A DNA stretch of 64,000 bases from a bacterium. GTDB taxonomy: Bacteria > Patescibacteriota > Dojkabacteria > JAKAPS01 > JAJZLI01. Numbering within the stretch: the stretch's first letter is position 1; each line of letters starts with the position of its first letter. Below the pieces are notes generated by a model. That model saw only the letters and a program-made list of their open reading frames with translations, was not told where the DNA came from and did not search any database. The DNA lies in contig DAIDGT010000001.1 of NCBI GenBank assembly GCA_027459825.1, positions 37,884 through 101,883 of the forward strand, given 5' to 3'. Shown piece after piece: positions 19,402 through 28,569 of this stretch. Position numbers and translations under genes: made by a program.

Positions 19402-20084
19402 ATAGGTTTCATCTGCATAGTAGAAGATACTAAAGGAGCAGTATACTGATTAAAATCTCCCCTTAGTTTATCATTCATAGGATTATATATATTATAAAAC
19501 AATTTAATTAAATCTGCAGTAGTAAGTTGTTTTGACTTTAACCCCATCCTTGATAGCTGCCTTATAATGTGATCTCTACGGGGAAAGAGTTTTGACTTAG
19601 ACTGCTCAATAATTTTGTCAATGTTAGTTAACTTTACTTCTTTTCCAAACATTTGTTTTGTAAAAGAAGGTTTTTGGGTAGACCATGAAAAAGAGGGGAC
19701 AACTATATAAAAATGTTTATCAAGAACATTGTTCTTCACAATTAAATCTTTAACAAACTTTCTGTATATGTCTATTTGATACTTCACCTTTGGATCTTTT
19801 TGTTTTTCCCTAAAGTCATCCAAATACTTAAGATATTTAGAAATATCAATGTTCTCAGTATGAACTAAAACTTGTATATAAAAACCCAAAGAATTCAAAA
19901 GTCCCGCAAATGCATAAATTTTAGATTCTTGCTCAATCTCAGATAAAAGATAGAAGTTAACTGCAGACGTCTCAACCACAAGACAAACATTTCCATTTTT
20001 TAAAACAAGTAAATCATCTTTTATTTCCTCTATATCTAAATGAGCCTGAGTTGTTGCAATAATTGGTGTTTTTTTACTATCCAT
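19398..20084 (-). CDS. VirB4-associated protein (module 1)
   Basis: TQAHLDIEEIKDDLLVLKNG, AVNFYLLSEIEQE...FAGLLNSL, LIKLFYNIYNP; ATGA overlap with VirB4. Confidence 0.75.
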   Translation of the reverse strand: MDSKKTPIIATTQAHLDIEEIKDDLLVLKNGNVCLVVETSAVNFYLLSEIEQESKIYAFAGLLNSLGFYIQVLVHTENIDISKYLKYLDDFREKQKDPKVKYQIDIYRKFVKDLIVKNNVLDKHFYIVVPSFSWSTQKPSFTKQMFGKEVKLTNIDKIIEQSKSKLFPRRDHIIRQLSRMGLKSKQLTTADLIKLFYNIYNPMNDKLRGDFNQYTAPLVSSTMQMKPI

Positions 20085-20095
20085 AAAATATTATA

Positions 20096-21586
20096 TTACA
20101 AATTATTATTCTCCTGCATAACAGGGATAAATATAAAAGGTATAACAAGAGACCCTGTCAACTCTATACCCACAGAGTTAAACTTATATCCCTGAGCATT
20201 AATTTCTATATTATACCTACCATTCAAAAGTGCTGTTCTCGTATAAAACTGCCCCAATTGATTAGATTTTACAGCTCTTATAGGTTTTTGATTTGAATCT
20301 TTTATTATCACAACGGCATCAGAAATCAAAGTACCATCAGAATTTACAATAACTCCCGAAATAACATTAGGGGTCTTTACAAAATCTGGAAGTTTAGAAA
20401 TTAATGCTTGCTGATCAAATGTACCCTGCTGAGAAGAAACTCGTGTCTTAACTTTTTCAATATTACTCTGCAAAGTATCTTCAGGTATTTTTTTTGCACT
20501 TATCTCATTTTTTAATTCAGAATTTTCCATCTCAAGCTGTTTAATTCTTTCCATTATTTTAGAAAGTTCACTATCTCTCGAGGACGGAGTATTCCCTAAG
20601 GAAGATTGATTAGAATTACTATCTTGCTCATTAATAGTATTATTAGAGGAATTAACCACAGAATCATTACTAACACTATTATTATTTTCAATAATATCAC
20701 TATCAACTTTAATATCAGAAATATTACTTTGTGGAATAGTAGATTGAGAAGACACATTAGAACTATCAGTATGATTAACATTTTCTTCAGCAGGATAAGT
20801 AGAAATATTACCTACATCATCAGATTTACTCGCATCATATACAACATTACTATCACTATTTACGTTATTGTAAGGTATAGATTCCTGCAGATTAGCATCA
20901 GGATTCTTATCATTAGTATGATTTTCTCCAATTTCTCTTTTTTCATCAACAGAACCATCATCACTATTATTACTACCAACTAAATTTTGGGGAGTACTCG
21001 GTCTCGGGACAGAAGAAATATAAGGTGAAGAGTTATTGTTTGATACTGGGGAGGAAGGAGAAGTTGACAATATTGAATTAGTATCAATTTTTTCATTTGT
21101 AAGCAATTTATTAATTTTATCTATATTTGCATTGAGCATATTTTCTTTTAATTCTAATGCGCTATCAACGTTAGATGCATTATTTTTTATAGTAGTATCA
21201 AAAGGATTTTGGTAAAAAAATGTTGCAATTTCCTTATTAGAAGGAGAAACTGTAGGGGACTTAGGAATATCAAGTACAGAAGGAATGGTTGATGATTCCC
21301 TCATCCATATCCTTTGAGTGGGTTTCTTAATAGTAATTAAAAAATTGGTAATCCATTCATCAAGAGGCCTATCATCAATTGGGATAAAAGCAATCAGTAC
21401 ACCCAAAAGTAAAAAAATACCTGTAAGGGGAATTGTAATATAATTACTAACATGGGCAATAAACATTATAAATCCTATACAAGCAGGAATAGCAATAAAG
21501 GCAAATTGCTTCATAGACATATCCCCAATTATCTTGAATTCAACACTCATTATATTTTGAGGAACTGAATGCTGCTTTTCTTTCAT
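20096..21586 (-). CDS. PrgI-domain protein with S/N-rich linker, coiled coil and C-terminal beta-sandwich (carboxypeptidase-regulatory-like); likely start 21586
   Basis: QHSVPQNIMSVEFKIIGDMSMKQF, two TMs, DRPLDEWI; C-terminal ISGVIVNSDG...AVVIIKD...SNQLGQF...GRYNIEI. Confidence 0.78.
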   Translation of the reverse strand: MKEKQHSVPQNIMSVEFKIIGDMSMKQFAFIAIPACIGFIMFIAHVSNYITIPLTGIFLLLGVLIAFIPIDDRPLDEWITNFLITIKKPTQRIWMRESSTIPSVLDIPKSPTVSPSNKEIATFFYQNPFDTTIKNNASNVDSALELKENMLNANIDKINKLLTNEKIDTNSILSTSPSSPVSNNNSSPYISSVPRPSTPQNLVGSNNSDDGSVDEKREIGENHTNDKNPDANLQESIPYNNVNSDSNVVYDASKSDDVGNISTYPAEENVNHTDSSNVSSQSTIPQSNISDIKVDSDIIENNNSVSNDSVVNSSNNTINEQDSNSNQSSLGNTPSSRDSELSKIMERIKQLEMENSELKNEISAKKIPEDTLQSNIEKVKTRVSSQQGTFDQQALISKLPDFVKTPNVISGVIVNSDGTLISDAVVIIKDSNQKPIRAVKSNQLGQFYTRTALLNGRYNIEINAQGYKFNSVGIELTGSLVIPFIFIPVMQENNNL

Positions 21587-21719
21587 AATCAATATAAACA
21601 TAACATAAAAAATAGATTTTTAAAAGGTGAAATAGGCTATATTTAGAAATAAAAAAAACACAAATAATATTGCATTTCTAATAAAATTAGTATAATATCC
21701 TCCCCAATAGGCTAAAATT

Positions 21720-22604
21720 ATGGAAGATAATAAAAGAATCACAAAAGCAGTTATAGCCCTTGCAGGATACGGAACAAGATTTTTACCAGCAACAAAAGAA
21801 CAACCAAAAGAGATGCTCCCTATAATTGATAAACCTATTGTTCAGTATTTGGTTGAAGAGTTAGTAGAGTCAGGAATACAAGATATTATAATGGTAACAA
21901 GACTTGGGCAAAGAGCATTAGAAGACCATTTTGATAACAACATTGCACTTGAATATCACTTAGAAAAAAACGGAAAAGATAAAATATTAAAGGAAGTTCA
22001 AGAACTCCCTAAGAAAGCCAACTACATATATGTAAGACAGAAGCGTTTCCTTCCATATGGAAATGGAACCCCACTTCTTGTAGTAAAAAATTTAATAAAG
22101 AAAAATGAAAATTTCGTATACATGTTTGGCGATGATCTTGTAAAAGCAGACATTCCCGCAACAAAACAGTTAATAGAAGAAGCAAATAAAAACCCAGGAA
22201 AGATTGTAATCGCAGCACAAGATGTTAAACCAGATGAAGTAGAAAAGTATGGAGTTATTAAATTCGGGCCAGATAATAAAACGGTAGAAACAATTGTAGA
22301 AAAACCAAAAAAAGAAGAAGCACCATCAAATACAATAACATTTGGAAGGTTTATACTAAATAACGAGGTATTAGAAGAGATTGCAAAAAGGCAACTAGGA
22401 AAAGATAACGAGTTATGGTTATCTGACGCAATAGCAAACCTGGCAAAACAAGGCAAAGTTGTTGCTGTTAAGATACAAGGGAGATGGATGACAACAGGAG
22501 ATCCATTAAATTTCCTAAAAACTACTATAGAATATGCCAAGGACAGAGAAGATCTCTGGAGAGAACTTAAAATATATATAGAAAATAGCATCAAAGAAAG
22601 TTAA
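21720..22604 (+). CDS. galU: UTP--glucose-1-phosphate uridylyltransferase
   Basis: KAVIALAGYGTRFLPATKEQPKEMLPIIDKP, GDD, VEKP, ELWLSDAI. Confidence 0.9.
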   Translation: MEDNKRITKAVIALAGYGTRFLPATKEQPKEMLPIIDKPIVQYLVEELVESGIQDIIMVTRLGQRALEDHFDNNIALEYHLEKNGKDKILKEVQELPKKANYIYVRQKRFLPYGNGTPLLVVKNLIKKNENFVYMFGDDLVKADIPATKQLIEEANKNPGKIVIAAQDVKPDEVEKYGVIKFGPDNKTVETIVEKPKKEEAPSNTITFGRFILNNEVLEEIAKRQLGKDNELWLSDAIANLAKQGKVVAVKIQGRWMTTGDPLNFLKTTIEYAKDREDLWRELKIYIENSIKES

Positions 22605-22659
22605 TTAAATACAACTCCTTGCAATAAGAAAGTACGTGTATATATAATAAGCTATATAC

Positions 22660-24024
22660 ATGGATAATTTAGGAACAGAAAATAAAGTAAGCATATCTAG
22701 TCAAGAAGTATACAAGTCCCCACCATCAGAAGGTCAGAATAGGAAAGTTATTTATTTATTAGTTGCAATAGTAATAATCATATTTGCAATAATTATATTA
22801 ATTTCAACACTGGGCAAGGCAATATTCTCAAACAAAACAGTAAATAACAAAATTACACTTACAATGTGGGAGGTAGGAGAAAATCAAAGTATATACCAAT
22901 CCCTTATAAATGAATATGAAAAACAAAACCCGAACATTACTATTAATTATGTGGAAGTTCCTTCAACATACTATGCAAGCACATTATACAGTAAAATAAA
23001 GAGCGGAAAAGAAGTTCCTGATATTGTTAGCATTCCAAACTCCTTTGTTCCTTACTTCTCATCAATTCTATATAATGCTCCTACTTCAATATTTCCAGTA
23101 TCTCTCCTTGAAAGTAAATACTATCCAATATTTCAGGAAGACCTAACAGTAAACAACAAAGTCTATGCTATACCAACATACTATGATGGACTGGCTTTGT
23201 TATACAATAAATCAGAATATTCTAGCGCAAACTTACAAGGACCTTCATCTAATTTATATACATTTGAAAGTGAAATACCGCAGCTTGTAAATAAAGATAG
23301 CAATCAAACAGTTACTCAAGCAGCAATAGATATTGGAGGAACAGGAAATACATATGATGCAGGACAAATACTCAATTTATTAATGCAAATAAACAAAACG
23401 GTAATGACATCAAATGGGAATGTAACATTCGCAAATCAAAATGGACAGGAGGCACTAAGCCTGTATCAAAGCATTCAAAGTCAAGATGGATGGAATTCTA
23501 CATTTCCATCTGCCATTCCCGCATTTGCAAATGGAACAGTAGCCTCAATATTTGCAACAGCATCAGACATAAAACAAATCATGCAAATCAATCCAAACTT
23601 AAATTTAGGAGTATCACAACCCCCACAGATCCCTGGAGGAACAATAAACATACCTATATATAATGCACAGGCAGTTCCAATAAATTCCAAGAACCCTGAA
23701 CAAGCTTGGCAATTCTTAAGTTTTCTATCACAACCACAAAATCTACTTACAATATTTAAAAATAGACAATCCCAAGGAGAAATTGTAGGTACACTACCAA
23801 GGCTAGATATGTCCCAGTATAACTCTCAATTTTCATTTGCTTCAACATTTACCCAAATGGCAAGTACCTCAACTTCCTGGTACGAAGGAGACCCAGAGGC
23901 AGTAAATTCAATATTTAATAATGTAATTGATGGAAATATAACACTTGCAGAAGCACAACAAAAAGTGCAAGATATCTACTATAAAATTGCTAATGGAATA
24001 TATTCAATTCCAACAAATGAATAA
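22660..24024 (+). CDS. Membrane-anchored extracellular solute-binding protein (sugar-binding SBP family 1-like)
   Basis: N-terminal TM; LINEYEKQNPNITI, PDI, KVYAIP..YDGLALLYNK, SKNPEQAWQFLSFL. Confidence 0.8.
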   Translation: MDNLGTENKVSISSQEVYKSPPSEGQNRKVIYLLVAIVIIIFAIIILISTLGKAIFSNKTVNNKITLTMWEVGENQSIYQSLINEYEKQNPNITINYVEVPSTYYASTLYSKIKSGKEVPDIVSIPNSFVPYFSSILYNAPTSIFPVSLLESKYYPIFQEDLTVNNKVYAIPTYYDGLALLYNKSEYSSANLQGPSSNLYTFESEIPQLVNKDSNQTVTQAAIDIGGTGNTYDAGQILNLLMQINKTVMTSNGNVTFANQNGQEALSLYQSIQSQDGWNSTFPSAIPAFANGTVASIFATASDIKQIMQINPNLNLGVSQPPQIPGGTINIPIYNAQAVPINSKNPEQAWQFLSFLSQPQNLLTIFKNRQSQGEIVGTLPRLDMSQYNSQFSFASTFTQMASTSTSWYEGDPEAVNSIFNNVIDGNITLAEAQQKVQDIYYKIANGIYSIPTNE

Positions 24025-24033
24025 TACAAATAT

Positions 24034-25698
24034 ATGGATTTAAAAGAATTATTAATAAAAAATAGCGTACTTACCGAAAGTGAGTATGAAGAACTACAAG
24101 AAAAGGCAAGACAACTAAACAGCTCTATTGAAGAAATGATTATTGCAAGGAATGTGATTAGTGAGGATGATCTTGGGAAACTTATAGAGAAACAATACGG
24201 AATACCTCATATTTCCCTAATACATAAAACAATAGATCCAGACATTGTCAAAGTAATACCTGAAAAAACAGCAATAGAAAGAAAGGTTATTGCATTTGAT
24301 AAAACAGCGTCAAACCTAAAGATTGGAATGACCAACCCTAGAGATATAAATACTATAGAGTTTATAAAAAAAGGAACAGGATTTAATGTCGATGCTTATT
24401 ACATCACTGAAAATTCCTTTTATGAAGGATTAAAACTATATAAGACATCCATAAAAGAAGAATTGAAAGACATTATAGATAAAAATGCAAAAGACGCAAA
24501 GGTAAAAGGAGAAGAATCAAATGCGCTTCCTATAATCAATATAGTAGATAAAATACTTGAGTATGCAAATTCTATGGGAGCGTCAGATATACATATTGAG
24601 CCTATGGAGAAAGAAGCGCTAGTAAGATATAGGGTAGATGGAATACTTCATGATCAAGCAACATACCCAATAAAAATACACTTAGCAATATCATCAAGAA
24701 TAAAAATTCTTTCAAATTTAAAAATAGATGAACACAGACTTCCACAAGATGGAAGATTTAAAACAACGATTAATGATCAAGAAGTGTCATTTAGAGTATC
24801 TACAATGCCCGCATATTTCGGAGAAACTGTAGTACTAAGGTTATTAAAAGAAAATGCAAAAGAATATAATTTAGAAACTCTTGGAGTACAAGGAAGAGAT
24901 TATGAAATATTAAAAAGTAGTATTAAAAAGACAGTAGGAATGATATTAGTAACGGGACCAACGGGATCAGGAAAAAGTACTACTTTATATACGATTCTAT
25001 CACTACTAAATACACCAGAGGTAAATATAAGTACAGCAGAAGATCCAATTGAATACAGTATGCCAAGAGTAAATCAAACTCAAGTTAACCCTAAAATAGG
25101 ACTGACATTTGCAGAAGCGCTCAGGTCATTTCTAAGACAAGACCCTGATATCATGATGATAGGAGAAATAAGAGACAATGAGACCGCAGATATTGCAATA
25201 AATGCAGCTATTACAGGACATTTAGTATTATCTACACTACATACAAATGACGCAGCAAGCGCAATACCAAGACTTATAGATATGCACATAGAATCATTTC
25301 TTGTATCATCAACACTCAATACAATAATAGCGCAAAGATTAGTAAGAAAGTTATGCAATAACTGTAAAACAGAACAAAAACTTGACCAGAAGATGATATC
25401 TATACTACAAGAACAATATGATAAGAAAGGTATAGATAAGAAAATAAATGGAAATGCATTTTATAAACCAGTAGGTTGTGAATACTGTAGCAACGGATAT
25501 AATGGAAGAGTTGGAATATATGAGATACTAGAAGTTACAGATACAATAAAAGAATTAATAATTAAAAAAGATAATGCTAGTAATATACAAAAAAAGGCAC
25601 AAGAAGAAGGAATGACCTTGATGGTAGAAGATGGAATTCAAAAAGCTCAACAAGGAATAACATCAATAGAAGAAGTTCTTAGAGTAATTAAAGAATAA
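24034..25698 (+). CDS. pilB: Type IV pilus assembly ATPase, PilB/GspE family
   Basis: ASDIHIEP, RLPQDGR, GPTGSGKSTTLY, EDPIEY, LRQDPDIMMIGEIRD, TGHLVLSTLHTN, CxxC...CxxC. Confidence 0.93.
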   Translation: MDLKELLIKNSVLTESEYEELQEKARQLNSSIEEMIIARNVISEDDLGKLIEKQYGIPHISLIHKTIDPDIVKVIPEKTAIERKVIAFDKTASNLKIGMTNPRDINTIEFIKKGTGFNVDAYYITENSFYEGLKLYKTSIKEELKDIIDKNAKDAKVKGEESNALPIINIVDKILEYANSMGASDIHIEPMEKEALVRYRVDGILHDQATYPIKIHLAISSRIKILSNLKIDEHRLPQDGRFKTTINDQEVSFRVSTMPAYFGETVVLRLLKENAKEYNLETLGVQGRDYEILKSSIKKTVGMILVTGPTGSGKSTTLYTILSLLNTPEVNISTAEDPIEYSMPRVNQTQVNPKIGLTFAEALRSFLRQDPDIMMIGEIRDNETADIAINAAITGHLVLSTLHTNDAASAIPRLIDMHIESFLVSSTLNTIIAQRLVRKLCNNCKTEQKLDQKMISILQEQYDKKGIDKKINGNAFYKPVGCEYCSNGYNGRVGIYEILEVTDTIKELIIKKDNASNIQKKAQEEGMTLMVEDGIQKAQQGITSIEEVLRVIKE

Positions 25699-25893
25699 AT
25701 GGAAAGAAAAACAGGTCATCATTATATAAAGTATAGTGTTGCATGGTTTGTCGCATGGATTATTGTCTTTGGAATAGAAATATTATTCCATATAAAAAGA
25801 CCAAGTCATTATGTCTTTTTTATATTTTTAGGATGGCTAATAGGATGGATATCCGTAACCATCTTTATAAAGGTAAACAAAAATAAAATTTGA
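25699..25893 (+). CDS. Small two-TM membrane protein
   Basis: Abuts the pilB stop; two hydrophobic segments. Confidence 0.5.
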   Translation: MERKTGHHYIKYSVAWFVAWIIVFGIEILFHIKRPSHYVFFIFLGWLIGWISVTIFIKVNKNKI

Positions 25894-25933
25894 AACCTAC
25901 AAAAATCACCAGATAATATCACGCAATATAAGG

Positions 25934-26182
25934 TTAGTCTTTCTCTCCTCCAGAATTTTCTTTATTTCCAATGTCCACGGAAGAGCTAGTTCTATTAACA
26001 ATAATTCTTCCAAAAATAATAGCTATTGCTGCAAGTACAAAGAACAGAATAGCATGCTTTACTTGCGCAGTTTTTGGATGATTATTGTAAGTTAAAATAT
26101 GACTAAACCCAGGAATTAAATAATAAATACCAACAATGATAAATAAAATACTAACAATAACAACTATAGTTTTTTTATTCAT
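25934..26182 (-). CDS. Small two-TM membrane protein
   Basis: Two hydrophobic helices around a His-containing loop; fills the intergenic gap. Confidence 0.55.
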   Translation of the reverse strand: MNKKTIVVIVSILFIIVGIYYLIPGFSHILTYNNHPKTAQVKHAILFFVLAAIAIIFGRIIVNRTSSSVDIGNKENSGGEKD

Positions 26183-26247
26183 AGGTATATGCTATATAAA
26201 TTAAATACTGAAAAAAGTTTATCAATTTCATTTAACAATATCAAATT

Positions 26248-27078
26248 ATGAACATAATAAATGATATCATACTCAGTTTAACTCAAGGAATATCTGAGCT
26301 TTTCCCAATTAGTAGCTTGGGGCACAGTATCATTATTCAATCATTCCTAAATATACATGTTACAAAAAACTCAGCATTTTTCCTTCCATTTATAGTTTCA
26401 CTACACGTAGGTACAGCATTGGCATTAATAATCTATTTTTTTAAAGAATGGAAAAATATAGTTATATCACTAGTAAAAACTGCGATATCAGGAAAATTAT
26501 CTAATGATAAAACAGAAAATTTTGCATGGAAACTAGTAATAGCAACAGTTCCTGTTGGTGTAGTTGGTTTACTATTTAAAAATTTTGTTGCACAAATTTT
26601 TAAATCACCACAAATTGCGGCAATATTTATAATAATCAATGGATTCATACTATATATTGGTGAAATTCTAATAAGGAGAAAAAATATCACGAAAAGAAAA
26701 TTAGAAGATATATCATTTTTTGACGCCATCATCATAGGGGCATCGCAAATACTAGCATTAATACCAGGAATATCTAGATCAGGAGCAAGTATGGTAGCAG
26801 GGCTTTTATATAAATTAGACCATGAAGATGCGGCATATTTTTCATTCATGCTAGCAACCCCAGTAATTCTTGCGGCAGGAGTACTCGAGATACCTACCCT
26901 TTTTACAATACATTATGCGCAAGCATTCATGTATGCAACAATCGGAGCAGTTATATCTGGTATTGCTGCATATTTTGCAGTAAAGTTTTTAATGAAATAC
27001 TTCAAAACAGGAACACTAAAACCATATGCTTACTACTGCATTGCCGCAGGAGTACTAGCACTTATAATATTAAGATAA
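26248..27078 (+). CDS. uppP: Undecaprenyl-diphosphate phosphatase
   Basis: QGISELFPISSLGH, LHVGT, QILALIPGISRSG, FSFMLATP. Confidence 0.95.
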   Translation: MNIINDIILSLTQGISELFPISSLGHSIIIQSFLNIHVTKNSAFFLPFIVSLHVGTALALIIYFFKEWKNIVISLVKTAISGKLSNDKTENFAWKLVIATVPVGVVGLLFKNFVAQIFKSPQIAAIFIIINGFILYIGEILIRRKNITKRKLEDISFFDAIIIGASQILALIPGISRSGASMVAGLLYKLDHEDAAYFSFMLATPVILAAGVLEIPTLFTIHYAQAFMYATIGAVISGIAAYFAVKFLMKYFKTGTLKPYAYYCIAAGVLALIILR

Positions 27079-28503
27079 AAGAAATATTATATATGGGACC
27101 TTTAATAAACCATTATCATAACTTATATTAAAATCTTTAGTAATTAATATTTTATTTTCAATTTTTAATTTACCTGACAAACCTTGAAAAAATTTTCTTC
27201 CTTTTATGTCAATACAGACACTGATACCACTAGTAGACTTAAAAATAAAATCAATGTCTTTATCTCTATTTCTATAATACTTACAATCTACAATATTATC
27301 TTTCTGTTTCAAAAAAACATAGAAAAGATTCATTATATATTTATTAAAAAGTTCAGGAGAAGAAAGTATATCTTCTTCCCTAATTTTTAGTATACTATTC
27401 CTCACACCATGATCAATTAAAAAAATTTTAATATTGGAAGCCTTATTTATATTTGAATGATATTTTTCTAACCTTAAAATTAAATTGGAATCTTCTAAAA
27501 CCTTTAGATATTTTTCAATAGTTTCTCTATGTACTTTTAATTTCTCTGCTAAAGAAAGAATACTAAACTCATCAGTAAAGTTAATAGCAAGATAAAAGAA
27601 AAGACTAGAAAGAGCATCTGTGTTTTTTATATCTTCAATAAGGTAAATGTCTTCCAACAAAATTTTTTCTATTTGAGTTTGATACAAATATTCATACTGT
27701 AATTTTTCATTTGGCATCATCCATCCTTCAATAAATCCTCCATACAGTAAATATTTATTAAAATACTTAAAAAGCTCATCTTCAAACATTGAAAGTTTTT
27801 TTAAAGTGGACAGAATTGCAGGAATAGAGGTTTCAAATTTAAAATCTCCAAAGATAGATGGTGTTACCATGTGCAAATCAGAAATAGATTTAAGAATACT
27901 CTCCTTCATTCGGATATCAGCACGATCATCAGAAAGCAAGGTAAACGTTAAATATTCTTCGAAACTAAAGGGAAATAATTTAAAATTTTTTATTCTTCCT
28001 GCCAAAGATTCTTTACTTTTTATATTAATAAAAGAAGAATATGATCCAGAAATAATAAATTTGAAATTCATTTTGGAATCATAATATTTTTTGAGAAAAA
28101 GCTCCCAACCATCAAACCTCTGTATTTCGTCAATGAAAATATATTTTTTACCATCACTACCAAAATCTTTTGTGTAATCTATAAAGTTGGAAATTATATC
28201 GTCAAATATAGCAGGTGAGTGTCGTATAGAATATATAAAAGGATCATCCATTGAAATATACATAATATCAAATGGATTAATACCTTCCAGATTTATAAGG
28301 TCTGATACTACCTGCTTAAGTATAGTAGTCTTTCCTACTCTTCTTGGACCAGTTACAGAAATTATCTGATCAATGCTTAGTACAGAGTTAAAAATATCAT
28401 CATAAGAAGATCTCCTGTACACAGGAATTCCTAGAAGAGAATTATTTTTTTTCCACCATGGATTATAAAATTCAATACACTTTCTAAATAAATTGATATC
28501 CAT
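27070..28503 (-). CDS. AAA_14 ATPase with DUF4143-type C-terminus
   Basis: NPWW, TGPRRVGKTT, IFIDEIQ, ISGS, ESLAGR, LFPFSFEEY, YLLYGG, DHGVRN, YYR..DKDIDF. Own promoter TTGACA-16-TAGTAT at 28539-28512. Confidence 0.85.
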   Translation of the reverse strand: MDINLFRKCIEFYNPWWKKNNSLLGIPVYRRSSYDDIFNSVLSIDQIISVTGPRRVGKTTILKQVVSDLINLEGINPFDIMYISMDDPFIYSIRHSPAIFDDIISNFIDYTKDFGSDGKKYIFIDEIQRFDGWELFLKKYYDSKMNFKFIISGSYSSFINIKSKESLAGRIKNFKLFPFSFEEYLTFTLLSDDRADIRMKESILKSISDLHMVTPSIFGDFKFETSIPAILSTLKKLSMFEDELFKYFNKYLLYGGFIEGWMMPNEKLQYEYLYQTQIEKILLEDIYLIEDIKNTDALSSLFFYLAINFTDEFSILSLAEKLKVHRETIEKYLKVLEDSNLILRLEKYHSNINKASNIKIFLIDHGVRNSILKIREEDILSSPELFNKYIMNLFYVFLKQKDNIVDCKYYRNRDKDIDFIFKSTSGISVCIDIKGRKFFQGLSGKLKIENKILITKDFNISYDNGLLKVPYIIFLLS

Positions 28504-28569
28504 ACCAATTTATACTATCACACCACAAAATAATGTCAACAATATTGTCCACAACGACATAACAAATGG

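Noticed and set aside
11898-21586. Integrative conjugative element
   Set aside because: No integrase, relaxase, VirD4, flanking tRNA or att-like direct repeats were seen, and strand bias matches the rest of the window.
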